A stretch of 64,000 nucleotides of DNA from positions 117,296-181,295 of the forward strand of contig JAQGPJ010000079.1 in assembly GCA_028293125.1 (NCBI GenBank). Direction: 5' to 3'. This stretch comes from Verrucomicrobiales bacterium (GTDB lineage: Bacteria > Verrucomicrobiota > Verrucomicrobiia > Verrucomicrobiales > V1-33). This document shows, in pieces, positions 28,865-40,000 of the stretch. Made by a program: the position numbers and the translations under genes. The notes under the pieces are model-generated. The model saw only the letters and a program-made list of their open reading frames with translations. It ran no database searches and was not told where the DNA came from. Position 1 is the first letter of the stretch. Each line of letters starts with the position of its first letter.

Positions 28865-30004
28865 ATGGAACCATTATCCCATTCCGAACCCTCCACGGTC
28901 AGGGAGGACCGCCGCCGTCCTTTGCTGGTGGAGAACGTTTATGAAAAGGAGTCCTCGGAATCCTTTATCGAGCGTCATTTCCGCAACCGGGGCCTCCACC
29001 GCTGCCGGAGTACGGCGGAATTTGATGTGGATGCGGTGGCCGCCGAATTCGCCTCCAAAATGCTCCGCAGCACCCAGGAGGTGGAGCCAAATCCGGAGGG
29101 CAAAGGACTCCGGCCCATGTGGGCCATGCTGATGTTCCAGGTGGATACCTGCGTCTTCTGGCATTTTCTGATCAAAAGCCAGAATGGCTATGGGGAGAAC
29201 AGTGGAGTCCGGTCCTTTACGCTCACCGTGTTTGCGGACAACCCTGCCCGGGCTGCCGGGGAGGCGTTGATGCTGCAGCGGAAGTTCACGGTCAGCGATG
29301 ATGCTCCGGGGTTTTTCATGGTCCGGGATATCCGGAATCCCCGCCGAATTCCCGTCAAAGCGGATTATGCCCTGACACCGCCGCAGCTGGATTTGCATTA
29401 CGGGCCGGGATTTGCGGAATGGACGGAGCGTTTTTCCCAAGGAATGGGGCAGAATGGTCTGTCGATTCTGAGAGGCAGTCCGGGCACCGGCAAGACATCG
29501 TTTCTGCGGTATCTAATTTGCACGCTGGGCACCACGCATCGGTTTTATTATGTGCCGGTGGACGCGTTTGGACTGCTGCAGGCGCAGATGGCCGGTTTCC
29601 TGGCAAAGGAAAGGCAGCGCTTTCCGGAGACCAGCTTCGTGCTGGTGCTGGAGGATGCGGAGCAGCTTCTGCTGAACCGGCGGGAGTTCCGCGACGGACT
29701 GGCCTCCAGCCTGCTGAATTTCACCGATGGCTTTGTGGGCGATCTAGTGCAGGCCCATCTGATCTGCACGATCAACAGCGAGGTAAAGGATCTGGACGAG
29801 GCGGTGCTGCGTCCCGGCAGGCAGCGGTTTTTCCGGGAATTCGATCTGCTGAAGTGGGAGCAGGCCACGGCCTTGGCGGATTCCATGGGGGTAAAACTGA
29901 GAGAGAAACGATCCTACTCCCTTGCGGAGATTTACCATTTCAAAGACACCTTGGAGACTGGCCGGCTGAAAGCGGGGGATTCCCGGCCGATTGGCTTTGG
30001 ATGA
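28865..30004 (+). CDS. AAA+ ATPase (classic AAA, BCS1-like arrangement) with an uncharacterised ~190-aa N-terminal domain
   Basis: Walker A LRGSPGTGKTS, Walker B FVLVLEDAEQLL, LLNFTDGF, and second region of homology/Arg finger DLDEAVLRPGRQRF. No TM segment or signal peptide. Starts 61 nt after the S16 gene. Confidence 0.8.
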   Translation: MEPLSHSEPSTVREDRRRPLLVENVYEKESSESFIERHFRNRGLHRCRSTAEFDVDAVAAEFASKMLRSTQEVEPNPEGKGLRPMWAMLMFQVDTCVFWHFLIKSQNGYGENSGVRSFTLTVFADNPARAAGEALMLQRKFTVSDDAPGFFMVRDIRNPRRIPVKADYALTPPQLDLHYGPGFAEWTERFSQGMGQNGLSILRGSPGTGKTSFLRYLICTLGTTHRFYYVPVDAFGLLQAQMAGFLAKERQRFPETSFVLVLEDAEQLLLNRREFRDGLASSLLNFTDGFVGDLVQAHLICTINSEVKDLDEAVLRPGRQRFFREFDLLKWEQATALADSMGVKLREKRSYSLAEIYHFKDTLETGRLKAGDSRPIGFG

Positions 30005-30163
30005 TTCTGATTCATTCCGGAACTGGCGCAGACGGTGCGTGAACAGTACAGAGCAGGGCTTGACTTGGCTGGGCTCCTGATCCGGGAATTTTCCGGGAGC
30101 AGCTGACCGCTGCGCTGCGGGATGCCGTTGCGTGGCCGGCGTGGTGTGCTCTCATCGGGCCGC

Positions 30164-30544
30164 ATGGATATTATTTCATCCCCGCACGCTCCCGCCGCCA
30201 TTGGTCCCTACTCCCAAGCCATGCGCACCGGCAATCTTCTGTTCGCCTCCGGCCAGATCCCCATCAATCCGGAGACCGGCAAAATCGAGGCCACAGATTT
30301 CACCGGCCAGACGGAGCAGGTGCTGGCCAACATCAAGGGTCTCCTGCGCGGGACCGGCCTCACCGTGGAGAATGTGGTGAAATGCACCGTGTTTCTCAAG
30401 GACATGGCGGACTTCCCCACCCTGAACCCACTCTACGCCGCCGCCTTCGGCGACCACAAGCCCGCCCGCAGCACCATTCAGGTGGCCAGGCTGCCGCTCG
30501 ACTCCCTCGTGGAAATCGAGATCGTTGCTGAATACCCGGCCTGA
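30164..30544 (+). CDS. ridA: RidA (YjgF/TdcF) reactive enamine/imine deaminase
   Basis: ORF 30122..30544; ATG at 30164. MDIISSPHAPAAIGPYSQA, NLLFASGQIPINPETGK, and ARSTIQVARLPLDSLVEIE at the C-terminus. Confidence 0.9.
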   Translation: MDIISSPHAPAAIGPYSQAMRTGNLLFASGQIPINPETGKIEATDFTGQTEQVLANIKGLLRGTGLTVENVVKCTVFLKDMADFPTLNPLYAAAFGDHKPARSTIQVARLPLDSLVEIEIVAEYPA

Positions 30545-31006
30545 TCCGCTGGTCCGGCACCTTTTATTGTTTTTATTTTCAGGGCTCAGGTCCGCTCCGG
30601 GGGAGTGGCCTGAGCCCTTCCGCATAAAGTCCCGGCATTCCCGCAAGGTTGGAGAGCGGCTTCAAAAAATTTGAAAACCTACCCGGCGGAACAGCAAGCA
30701 AGTGAATCAGGTTTCAGTTTTTCTTCCGATGTTCCCATATGGAGGATGGTCTTCAGTATAGTACTGCAAAAATGGGCAGTTTGTGACGATTCTGTTTCAA
30801 CGGGGAGCTTTCTCTCTCTCAGGACCGGCGCAAGGATCATGAGATTTCCGCCTCTTCCCCTCAACGACATCATCCATGCCGTTTTCCCGCATGTGCTATT
30901 CAGTGAACCGCCCTGTTTTCCAGGCCGATAATGGATTGCTGACCCAATTTCCGCCGCAGGAAAAGACTCCGTGCTTCAAGCGGATTACTATAAGCCCCCA
31001 CAAATC

Positions 31007-34000
31007 ATGAAGTATCCAAGTCCTGGGGACGGGCGGGAGCCGTGCATTCCGCCCTGTGGCAGCATGTTGGCCACAGCCTTGCTGCTCGCAGTTCAATCCG
31101 CTTCGGCGGGTGACATATTGCGCGGCGGTGCCACGGCACCCAGCAACGGCCCCCGGACCGCCGGCTCAAATACCGGTGCGCCCCAGGCCGCCGCCGCCCG
31201 TGACAATGCCCGTGATTCACTTTCACGCACGAGCCGGGCTATGGAATCCGTGCAGCATGCCCAGCAAAATGCGTTGCGGGCAGCCGCAGCCGCCAACAAT
31301 GCGGGCCTTAACCCCAACCGTCCGGGGGTTCAGCTGCCCAATGTTCCCAATGGGCTTGCTCCGGGCGGCCTTAAGGTTTCTCCGGATGCTGCGGCGAATC
31401 CCTCGCTATGGGCGGGCGCCTTTTTGCCGACGCAGACCCATAATGGAGGAAAAGCACAGGTCACGGTCAAACAGACCCGGCAGCAGGCTTTGCTGAACTG
31501 GGAAAGTTTCAATGTCGGAAAAGATACCAATCTCCATTTTGACCAAAGCGCCGGAAAGGAAAATACCGGGCAGTGGATTGCGTTCAACAAGGTTTCCGAT
31601 CCAAGTGGAAACCCTTCGCAGATTCTTGGCTCCATCACGGCTCCCGGACAGGTTTATGTCATTAATCAAAACGGCATTATTTTTGGCGGGGCCAGTCAGA
31701 TCAATGTCCACACGCTGACCGCATCCTCGCTGCCCATCAATGAAGCGATGATTCAGGAAGGGCTTCTGAATCAGCAGCGCAGCGCTCAATTTTTGTTCTC
31801 CGCGCTGCCGCAGGCAGGGGCAACTCCATTCACCCCGCCCGCCCTGCCCGCCAGCGGGCGTATTGGCGACGTGACAGTTCAGCCCGGCGCTGAACTGACC
31901 GCTCCCACCAACGGAAGCAAAGTTGGTGGTCGCGTCGCTCTGATTGGCCCGAATGTAACCAATTCCGGCTCCATTCGGACACCCGACGGGCAAACAATTC
32001 TCGCAGCCGGGCTGCAGGTCGGTTTTGCTGCTCATAGCAGTAACGATCCAAGCCTGCGTGGGCTGGATATTTTTGTTGGAGCCGTTGCCGATCCCGCCAG
32101 CACGGCGGCAGCTTATGCCGGAACTTCGGCAAATACAGGTTTGATCAAGGCCGAGCGCGGCAATATAACAATGGCGGGCAAAGAAGTGCGCCAAATGGGC
32201 GCTGTTGACGCTACGACGTCGGTGGCGCTGAATGGGCGGATCGATCTGCTTGCTAATTACGAGGCGGTCAACAATACCGCCTATGACCCCATAACCCGCC
32301 CAACAGTTGCCCCTTACCTATACGGCAACGGTCCGTCCAAAACCTCCACCGGCACGGTCACTTTCGGCCCCGGAAGCATCAGCCGCATCCTTCCTGAATG
32401 GGATAGTGCGGACAAAGTCATTGGAACGGAATTGTCCTTGCGCTCACAGGTGAATGCGAGGGGGAAAATTATCAATATGGACGAAGGGGCTATGGTCCAT
32501 GCCCCGAACGGCCTTGTGAAGTACGAGACAGGAGTGTGGGATTATGTGAATTCCGCAACCATACCCTCCTCCGGATTTGTGCGGGCAGGCGGGCAGATTT
32601 ATATTGGTCAGGATGCCATGATCAATGTGGCTGGCACTCCGGACGCTTTTTCGCCGCTGTCCAATAACATTCTGACGGTGGCCCTGCGCAGCGCCGAGCT
32701 CGCGGACTCACCGCTTCAACGGCAGGGTGCTTTGCGCGGCCCTGAGATCACAGTGGATCTCCGTAAAACGGGGACCTATAATGGCAGGGATTGGGTTGGC
32801 ACACCCTTGGCTGACCTGCGCGGTTACCTCAATGTCATTGAACGCACCGTCAGTGAGCTTACCGTGGCCGGCGGCAGTGTGAGTCTCAATTCCGGTGGTT
32901 CGGTTATCGTTCAGCCCGGCGCCTCCATTGATGCTTCGGGCGGTTGGCTGAATTATGAAAGTGGTTATGTGCAAACCACAAGGCTGCTTTACAATGGTCA
33001 AATTGTTGACATTGCAAACGCCACTCCGGACCGTCTTTACGACGGAATTTTCACAGGCGAATTCACCGAGGTCCATCCCCGATGGAATATCAGCAGGACT
33101 TACCGCATCCCTTGGATGAACGGGGAACATTTTGAGCAGGGTTATTTGCAGGGCGCTCAGGCGGGCAGCCTTGCCATGTCCGGATCATCGATGGCGCTGG
33201 ACGGGATAATCCGGGCCAACGCGGTCAGCGGTCTGCGGCAAACCAATAAACCTGCACAGGGCGGGAGCTTAAGCCTTGATTTCGAAATTGAACAGCTGAT
33301 TGCGGGAACCGGGTCCGGCCGGGCCATCTCCCCCACTCCGCCGACTGTCGCCTTCAGCAAAAATCCTGATCCGAAGCCCGCTGCCAAATTTGAGCTGGAT
33401 GCGGCAGGCGAAGCAGTTCATTTGCGGGAGGACCGCATGTCACTGTTGGAGCTTTCGACGGGACTTTTTGATGAAAACGGGTTCGCTTCGGTAACGGTAA
33501 TAAACCCCGATGGGGATATTACCGTTCCCCGCGGCGTCGCGCTGAACGCTCCAGCCGCCGGTTCAATCACCCTTTCCGGTGCGAATGTCGCCGTTTCGGG
33601 ACAGATAAAAGCACCGGGCGGCAGTATCAATATCAACGCTTTCAATATTTCACCTTCCTTTGCCGCCGCGCTTAAAGCGTCCGGTGCGGGAATCATTCCT
33701 TCCGCGGAAACCGCGCGGGGACTCTTCACTCTGGGGGATGGGGCGGCTATTAACGCCGCGGGCCTGACGGTGGATAACCGTGCCGGCAGTCGGACATTCT
33801 CGTCTATCCCTAAAATGATCGATGGCGGTTCCGTCGCTATCAAAAGTTACGCCGCCAATCTTTCCGAAGGCGGTTCAATCGATGTCTCCGGCGGTGTGGA
33901 ATTCGGAACGACTGGTGAAAGGACCTTCGGTAAAGCAGGGCGAATTGACATTTTGGGAGGTCAGGATCCCAATTTGCTTTCGGTGGATGGAGGAATAGTC

Positions 34001-37000
34001 CATCTTGGCGGCAGCCTCAAAGGCTACTCAGGAACAAACACTGGCGGCACATTGTCACTTCAGGCCCAGTTGATTCAGGTGGGTGGGTCCCTGCTCAGTC
34101 CTGCTTCGCTGGCTTTGACGGCGGATTTCTTCAATCAGGGCGGATTCTCGACCTTCAATCTGACGGGGCTTGGCGAAACGATTGGAAGCGGCGAATTTCT
34201 GCCCGGCATCCTGATTGCGCCGGGAATCCGGATCGAACCGCGGGTCCTGAGTGCGCTGGCACAGTCCTATGGCGGCCAAAATGGAACCGTGGCCTTGCTT
34301 CCGTTTGAAAAACCGCAAGGCCTGAGACCGGCTGCGAACTTGAACTTTACCGCCAAAGGCGTTCGGAATGACCTTACAAACCTGCTGGAGGTGCGCGGTG
34401 ATCTGGTGCTGGGACCCAGCGCCTCGATCAAAACAGACGCATCGGGGAGCATAGCCCTAAGGGGGGATACCGTGGCCGTTTATGGCAGCGCGAGCGCGCC
34501 GGGCGGCCGCATTTCGGTCACGGGAGCCAACAGCTTGCCGCAGATCGGCACCCCGCCTGAATATGCTGAGACCACCGTTTATCTGGCGCCCGGTTCCCGG
34601 CTCTCCACACACGGCTCCACCTTGACACAGATTGACCGTTTCAAACGCTTGATTGGATCAGTTTTGCCCGGCGGGACAATCACTGTCTCCGGCAATATCG
34701 TTGCCGAATCCGCATCGGTTCTGGATGTCTCCGGCACCACTGGCGAGCTTGATTTGCACCCCAATCAACTTGGCCTTGGATCCAATGGGCAAAAACTCAG
34801 CGCGGGAGATCAGCTGGTTTCATACACCAGCGGAGTTAATTCCCCGCTTTATCAGGGGCTGGCAGTGCGGACTTCATTGGACAGCAATGGGGGCTCCATC
34901 AGCCTCAGTGGCGGGCAAATGCTTTTTACAGACGCCACTTTGCATGGCAATGCCGGAGGCTCCAGGGCGCTTGGCGGCACGCTTTCCGTTTCATCAGGCC
35001 GCATGCCTTCGTTCAACAACTCGGAGACCAATCTGGTTGTCACTCAAAATGGCCCGGTGCTGCCGCTTGATTTCAGGGGAGACGGCTCTCCCGTTGGTCA
35101 GCCCATCCGTGACGTTTCAGGGGCGGTGATTCCCAGCATGGGATATTTTGCAGCGAATGCCTTTGAACGGGGAGGTTTTGATTCCTTGACGCTTGGTGGA
35201 AATGTGGAATTCCGGGGACTGATTGATATTGCCGCAGACCGCGCGCTCCGCGCCGCCACTGGCGGTGTCGTCCGCGCCAACAGCCAAGTCGGGCTGGCGG
35301 CGGATTACGTTTCCCTTGGACAGGCCTTTGTTGCCCCGCTGGGGCCTGATGACATCCAGTTGCCCTTCACCAAAACCAGTGATGGCACCGCCTTTAATTT
35401 TGCACCATCCGCCGGTTCCGGGGTCCTTTCTGTTACTGGCAATCTGATTGATGTTGGCACACTGAGCCTGCAGGGCATCAGCCAAACCATTCTAAATGCC
35501 CGTTCCGGGGAAATCCGGGGCAACGGGACGCTCAATGCCGCCGGCCGCCTTGATCTGATCGCCGGACAGATTTATCCAACCACCGCCAGCCGCTTCAACA
35601 TCATCGCCTACGATGCCCCCGGTTCTCCGGGCACGATTACCATTCAAAGCGGTGCCGCAAAAGATTTATCCCTGTCGGCTGGAGGACAGCTGAACCTGTT
35701 CGCCACCCATATTGTTCAGGGAGGCGTGCTACGCGCTCCATTTGGCAGTATCCGGCTGGGGTGGGACGGTACAGGAACAGCTCCGTTTGCCGATCCGGTC
35801 ACAGGCTCGGTTTCAGCGCTTCCCGTAACTCGGAACCTCACTCTGGCCGCCGGCAGCCAAACTTCAGTCAGCGCTGTGAATCCCCGCACTGGAAAAGCCA
35901 TTACGGTCCCTTATGGGTATGTGAGTGGCGGGGGAGAATGGATTGACCCGACAGGCGTGAATATCACAGCCAGCGGGCCGGGCGAGCGCCGTGTCGATAT
36001 GGGTGCAAAAAATTTAACTGCCGATGCAGGATCGGTGATTGATCTTCGCGGCGGCGGTGACCTTTACGCCTACCGCTGGGTGGTGGGTAATGGCGGCTCC
36101 GGAGATATCCTGCTTGGTGAAGACAGTTTTGCAATTTTGCCCGGCTACGATGCCTTGTATGATCCGTATGCGCCTTTCAATCCGCGCTCGGATGCTTTTG
36201 GCGACGATCCCGGTTACACCAATTCCACCCTGAAAGTGGGTGACAGCATTTATCTTGGAGCCAATGGGAGCGTTCCCGCCGACAACTACATTTTGCTGCC
36301 CGCCCGTTATGCCCTCCAGCCGGGCGGCCACTTGGTAACCGCGCGGAGCGGTGCCCCCATCGGCTCTTTCCAACTTCCCGATGGTTCCTCGCTGGTATCC
36401 GGCCACCGATTCAACAGCATTGACCAGGGCACGGACGCTTCTGTGCAATCACGCTACGAACTGGCATCGGGTGATGTGGTGCGCCAGCGTGCCGCATATG
36501 ATGATTTCTTTGCCAATAGTTTCTTTAAAGAAGCGGCTCAGGCACTCAAAATCAATGCTTCCCGCCTGCCGGAGGATTCCGGGCGGCTGGTGCTTCAAGC
36601 CACCCTCACCGCGAATCTGAGCGGGAGTGTCGCAGCCAGGGCATTGGCTGCCGGGCGCGGCGGACTGGTGGATATCAGCAGCGCGGCGGACATTTATATT
36701 GGCAATACCGCCCATCATTCAAATCCCGCCGGAAGTCTCTTCCTGAACGCCGATCAGCTGAATGCCATTGGTGCCGAAAGCCTGCTCATCGGCGGCGTGC
36801 GCACTTACAGCGCCGGCGGTGCTCAGGTCGCAGTCAATACCGGCTCTCTTACGCTTGACAATGCCGGCACTGCTTTGCTTGGAACCGACATTGCTCTGGT
36901 TTCCAAAAATGCCCTGAATCTGGTCGATGGATCCGCCATTCAGGCCAGCGGCACGCTTCGGAGCCAGCTTGATAACCTGGTTTTTGGCAGCAGCTCAGTG

Positions 37001-40000
37001 GCAGGCTCCGGCAATGGCCTGATGGTGCGCATGGCATCCAGCCCTTCAGCCACATCCCAGCGTGCCGGGGTGACACCGGGCGGCTCCTCCCAGCTCACTG
37101 TTGGTGCCGGTGTGCGGCTTGAGGGGGCGGATTTGACCTTGGATTCGGCTTCAGGGACTGAGCTCAGTTCACAGGCTGCGCTGCTGGCGGATACGATCAA
37201 CCTTTACAGCGGCCAGATCAGCCTGGTTAAAAATTATGCCGGGGAAGCTCCAGCAAACAGCGGTCTGGTATTGTCCGGCCTGGCGCTGGGGACATTGGAG
37301 CAGCGGGCCCGGGATTTGAACCTCAGCAGTTACACCTCCCTCGATGTTTATGGGAGCGGGGTGGTCAGTGTTGCAGGCTCCATCCGTCTCAGCTCAGGAC
37401 AAATTCGCGGTTTTGGGCAGGAGGAGGGCAGCTTCAATTTTGAAGCGCTTTCCATCATGCTGGATAACCGGGGCAGCGCGTCGTCTCCTGGCGCATCGGC
37501 GGCAGCTCCCGGTGATTTGGTGCTCAAGGCCAATGTGATCACGCTGGGAAGCGGTGACGTGCGGGTGGACCAATTTCGAAATCTGCAGCTGGATGCGGCC
37601 TCCGGGATTCTAGTCTCCGGGCGAGGCAGCCTTGCGGTCCAAGGAAATTTGACCGGTAATACCCCTGTGGTGACGGGCTCCAGCGGAGCCAGCCACGCGG
37701 TGCGCACGGCAGGGAATTTGACGCTGAATGGGATGGCCGGCACTGGCCAGCCAAAAGGTGGACTCGGTGCCGAAATCACCTTGGAGGGGGCTTCTGTCGA
37801 TCTGGGGACAAGCATTGTTTTTCCGAGCGGCCGCATTGCAGCTCGCGCTCTCACTGGGGATTTGCGGATTGGCGGGCTGCTTTCAGCGGCTGGGACCTCG
37901 CAAAATTTCTACGATGCCATCCGCTATACAAGTGCGGGTGAAGTCCAACTCAGCGCAAACAACGGCTCCATTTCACTGCTGCCGGGCTCTGTAGTGGATG
38001 TTTCCGCGCCGCAAGTCGGCGGAAATGCGGGGCAGTTCAGCGCCTCCACCCCTGCCGGGAATATCATTCTTGAGGGAAGCCTGCGGGGACAGGCAGGCAG
38101 TGGCGGCACCAGCGGCCTTGCCTCGTTTGATGTGAAGTCAGCGCCAAACCTTGCTCCCTTTATTTCTGACTTGGATGCGGGCGGCTTCTTCGAATCCCGG
38201 GTCTTCCGGGTCCGCACCGGCGATGTGGCTGTGGATGGCACTTCCCGCGCGCATACCTTCCGTTTGGGTGCGGATTCAGGCTCCATCACTGCTAGCGGAA
38301 CCATTGACGCGTCAGGGATCACCGGCGGTGAAATCACCCTCGCCGCGAATGGTGATTTGACACTGCTTTCCACCGCGTGGTTGACGGCGGCGGCGGCGGA
38401 ATTCAATGCGGCGGGCAAAGGCGGGTCAATCAGCCTGCAATCCGGCAGTTCACGCGATGGAGTGGTTCCTCAAGGCACCATGCTGGATTTGCAGGCCGGA
38501 TCCATGATCGACCTCAGCGTTGCCTCCCTGCTTTCGGGAAATATCGCCACACCGGGCTCCAGTGCGTTTTACGGCAAGTTCAGCGGCACCCTGCACCTGC
38601 GCGCGCCGCGCGGTTCCCCCAATAACGATCTGGCGGTTTCCACCATTGGCAGCACGATCACCGTAGCTTCCAGTATTTTGGTGGAGGGCTATCAGCTGAC
38701 CGATCTTACTGCCGGCGGAACTGCCGGAACGATCACCGGCACGGTGCAGAGCGGCATCAATACCATAGCCGCGGCATTCATGGGCAATGAGGCTGCAATC
38801 ACCGCCCGCCTCCTCGGCAGTGACGCGCAGGCCTTTGGGTCAACCTTTGTGCTGGTGCCCGGTGCGGAAATCATCAACAAAAATGGCAACCTGACTTTGG
38901 GTGCCAGCAGTTCCACCAGCACCAGTGACTGGAGCCTGCACAACTTCCGTTATGGCTCCAAATCCGCCCCCGGCTTGCTGACCCTCCGCGCCCCCGGCGA
39001 TTTGGTCTTCCACAATGCCCTGAGCGATGGCTTCACTCCCGCCACAGGAGTGCCTGCCGGGCAGCAGCTATGGCTGGGGGCCGCCATGACGCTCAACCCC
39101 GCTTTGCCAGCCAACACCCAATCATGGTCCTACACTCTGACTGCGGGAGCGGACCTTGGTGCTGCCAACAGCACCACCGTGCTGGCTCTCTCCGGCCTGG
39201 GCACGGACGGGGGCTCGTTGCTGCTCGGCAAAAATTACAACGCCGTTCTGGTGAATGGGGCAAACGCTCTGACGGCCGCCGCCATTCAGGATCGTTATCA
39301 GGTGATCCGCACCGGAACCGGGAACATTTCCGTCAATGCCGGCCGCGATGTGCGCCTGCTTAATCAATTTGCCTCCATTTATACTGCCGGGGCGGCGCTG
39401 CCTGATCCGGGCAGTATTTATCAGCCAAACGATTTCCGCATTCCTTCGCTGACCGATGGTCTTGATTCCCAGCCATCGACCCCCGAGCTGGGAACCTCCC
39501 AACAGGTTTACAATCCATCATGGACCATTTCCGGGGGAAATATCTCCATCAGTGCCGGGCGGAATATTGGCCGCTACACCATGTCCGGCGGGGTTCTTAT
39601 CGCTGATACATCACGTCAGGTGCCGAATAACTGGCTGATGCGGCGCGGCGCGGTCGATCCGGTTACCGGCCAATTCGGCGTCAGTGGTCTGGTGGGGGGC
39701 GGTGCCAGTGCTTTCGCGGATTCCGCCAGTTCCACGACATGGTGGGTTGATTTCAGCAATTTCTTCCAAGGCATCGGCGCTTTGGGAGGTGGCAACATTT
39801 CCCTTACGGCTGGAAACGATATCGTGAACACGGACGCGCTTGTGCCGACCACTGCCAGAATGCCCGGCCTCGACAGCGCTGGCAATTCCCTCCGCCCTGA
39901 TGCCTCGGCCATGGTGGAATTGGGCGGCGGAAATATTCGGATCACCGCCGGACGGAATATTGATGGCGGAACTTATTATGTCGAGCGCGGCGACGCGGTC

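Noticed and set aside
27336-28896. Two long minus-strand ORFs (353 aa and 501 aa) overlapping the S16 protease gene
   Set aside because: They are low-complexity Ala/Gly/Arg/Ser translations without motifs. The plus strand carries the Lon_C Ser-Lys blocks and a signal peptide.
30581-30618. 10-bp-stem hairpin AGGGCTCAGG...CCTGAGCCCT after ridA as a terminator
   Set aside because: The T-rich run lies before the hairpin rather than after it on the plus strand, and the loop is 18 nt. It does not fit a classical intrinsic terminator in either orientation.
30671-30931. 86-aa ORF in the leader of the giant FHA-type gene
   Set aside because: It has no motif, odd composition and no start context, and it lies in a low-GC non-coding-looking leader. 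I treated it as non-coding.
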